Of a stretch of 64,000 bases of DNA, positions 62,551 through 64,000 are shown in pieces (positions within the stretch are counted from its first letter, which is position 1; the number at the start of each line of letters is the position of its first letter). Source of the stretch: Macrostomum lignano (Eukaryota); NCBI GenBank assembly GCA_002269645.1, contig NIVC01000390.1:477516-541515 (forward strand). The letters run 5' to 3'. Both the position numbers and the translations under genes were made by a program. The notes under the pieces are model-generated. The model searched no databases. It saw nothing but the letters and a program-made list of their open reading frames with translations, and was not told the DNA's origin.

Positions 62551-63179
62551 TGTTCTATTCTCTGTCCTAATCTGTCTGATCTGTTCTAGGACTGGTCGAG
62601 CGCTCCATTTTATGATTGATTTTTACATGACCAATTTTACCCTTTTATGACTGATGATGATGCTGATGTTATGATTCATTGTGCCATTAAAAGACCGATA
62701 ATACCATCATACCCTCGTGACTGACAGTGCTTTGGCACCGTCTGTGTGCTCCATTATTGCGCCTGATGTAACACCCGGTGAGTACTGTTGCACAATTTAC
62801 ATGTACGTATAAGTCGGAACGGTTTTGATAAATTAGACAAAGTTCTAATTGAATAGTTGCAAAATAAACTTTAGAAGTACGAGGCTCAATAGGTTTACAT
62901 ACATCTACGTTTTCAAGAAATGATTGTTAGGTGAAGTGTGGCATGACTAAAAGCTTGTTCAAAGCTCGAACTACATGTAAGTCACTTTATATTGCTTCAT
63001 TCTTCCATATACATGTACTTATGGTAATGGAAGGTAAATTATATAAAGCGAGAATTTAACCTAATGGCCAAGGTCCAGTAGGCAATATTATTGCACTTGC
63101 AAGAAGCGAACTCGTACCTTGGTCATTACCTTAAATATTCTCGCTTTAAATATTTAACCTTCCATTGATTTGAGGTTGC

Positions 63180-63480
63180 ATTCACAAGCTCGAACTTTCA
63201 CAACGTCAAAAGCAAATGATTTCACAAGGTCGAAATTTTGCGTCGAAAAACTCGAATGGCAGTGCAGTCACTTTCACAATGTCGAAACTTCATAAAACTC
63301 GAAATTTCACGACTAACAAGAACCATTCGGTACTAAAGTGTTTCGGTGGGGTGAAATTTTGAGCTTGAGATTGAGAAGTGTAATTCGATCGAGTTTCGAT
63401 GCTATGAAGCTCTGACCTAGTGAACAAGGAATTGGTTCGATTGGCATAGACGACGTTGTGAAATTTCGAGTTTGTGAAGC
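63180..63480. repeat. TTTCACAA-TCGAA motif cluster with inverted copy (possible MITE relic)
   Basis: CATAAAACTCGAAATTTCACGAC (~63291-63313) is inverted relative to GTTGTGAAATTTCGAGTTTTGTG (~63456-63478). Confidence 0.45.
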
Positions 63481-64000
63481 CCCCATTTATTGATTGACTA
63501 CAACCCAGGTGATTGAGTAGCGCCCTTCTTACCTAGCCTTTACTACGTAACCTAATAATTTAGGCTATGTCAGATTCTATAAAATGCGGCCCCATATCCC
63601 AACCCAGCGAGAAGTGCTAGCTTCTGACTTTGTGGGACAGCTGATGAATAAGCAGGGTATCTTATATATTATTCTAACTTCAAGCTGCATTATTCAGATG
63701 CCGACTCATGCTTCAAGACAGTGATTTTGCCATATTCGTGTATTTAAGATCGCGCGTGTCACTTGACTGCAGTCATAAAAGTTCATTAAAGTTTATAAAA
63801 TGAAGCGACATCCAACAAATGTGAAATGTATGGGGTTTTAGGCCTATCAACTTTTCGGTAGGTCCAAGCCTAATTCTTAGGTTCGGCTTTGTACACTATT
63901 TTTATTGGTAATTCGATCTATTTTAAGTGGCCAGCGCGCTAGCAGTTAATAGGCAGACCTACTTAAATTTAAATTCGTCAGTTAAAAACAACAAAGTTGG

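Overview
Eukaryotic (metazoan) genomic DNA, not prokaryotic. GC/CpG-rich exons with GT-AG introns sit in AT-rich DNA packed with minisatellites. This architecture suggests a Macrostomum-like free-living flatworm (inference, not verified). Seven genes were reconstructed by hand; the six models with a stop codon in the window have spliced lengths divisible by three. They are: a divergent Smad MH1 exon (minus, partial), N-acetylglucosamine kinase NAGK (minus), an RCC1-repeat protein (plus, 9 exons), MEF2, DUSP19, mitochondrial ALDH2 and RINT1 (all plus). Most long ORFs in the supplied track are read-through of tandem repeats. Mobile DNA includes a foldback-like element, two MITE-like elements (one with an 8-bp TSD), a BEL/Pao LTR remnant and minisatellite-bearing Helitron-like pieces. 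The main leads are: (1) RINT1 is near full length but lacks an ATG right after a strong phase-0 acceptor, as expected if a spliced-leader AUG supplies the start; (2) the Smad exon has no in-frame ATG, but an upstream ATG frame joins it via a -1 shift at an A-AAA-AAC heptamer (frameshift or assembly indel); (3) the Smad exon/intron junction is itself amplified into a 7-copy splice-donor minisatellite; (4) TE remnants are strongly CpG-depleted while exons are CpG-rich. No wholly new system can be proven from sequence alone. Coordinates were counted by hand, and repeat boundaries are approximate.
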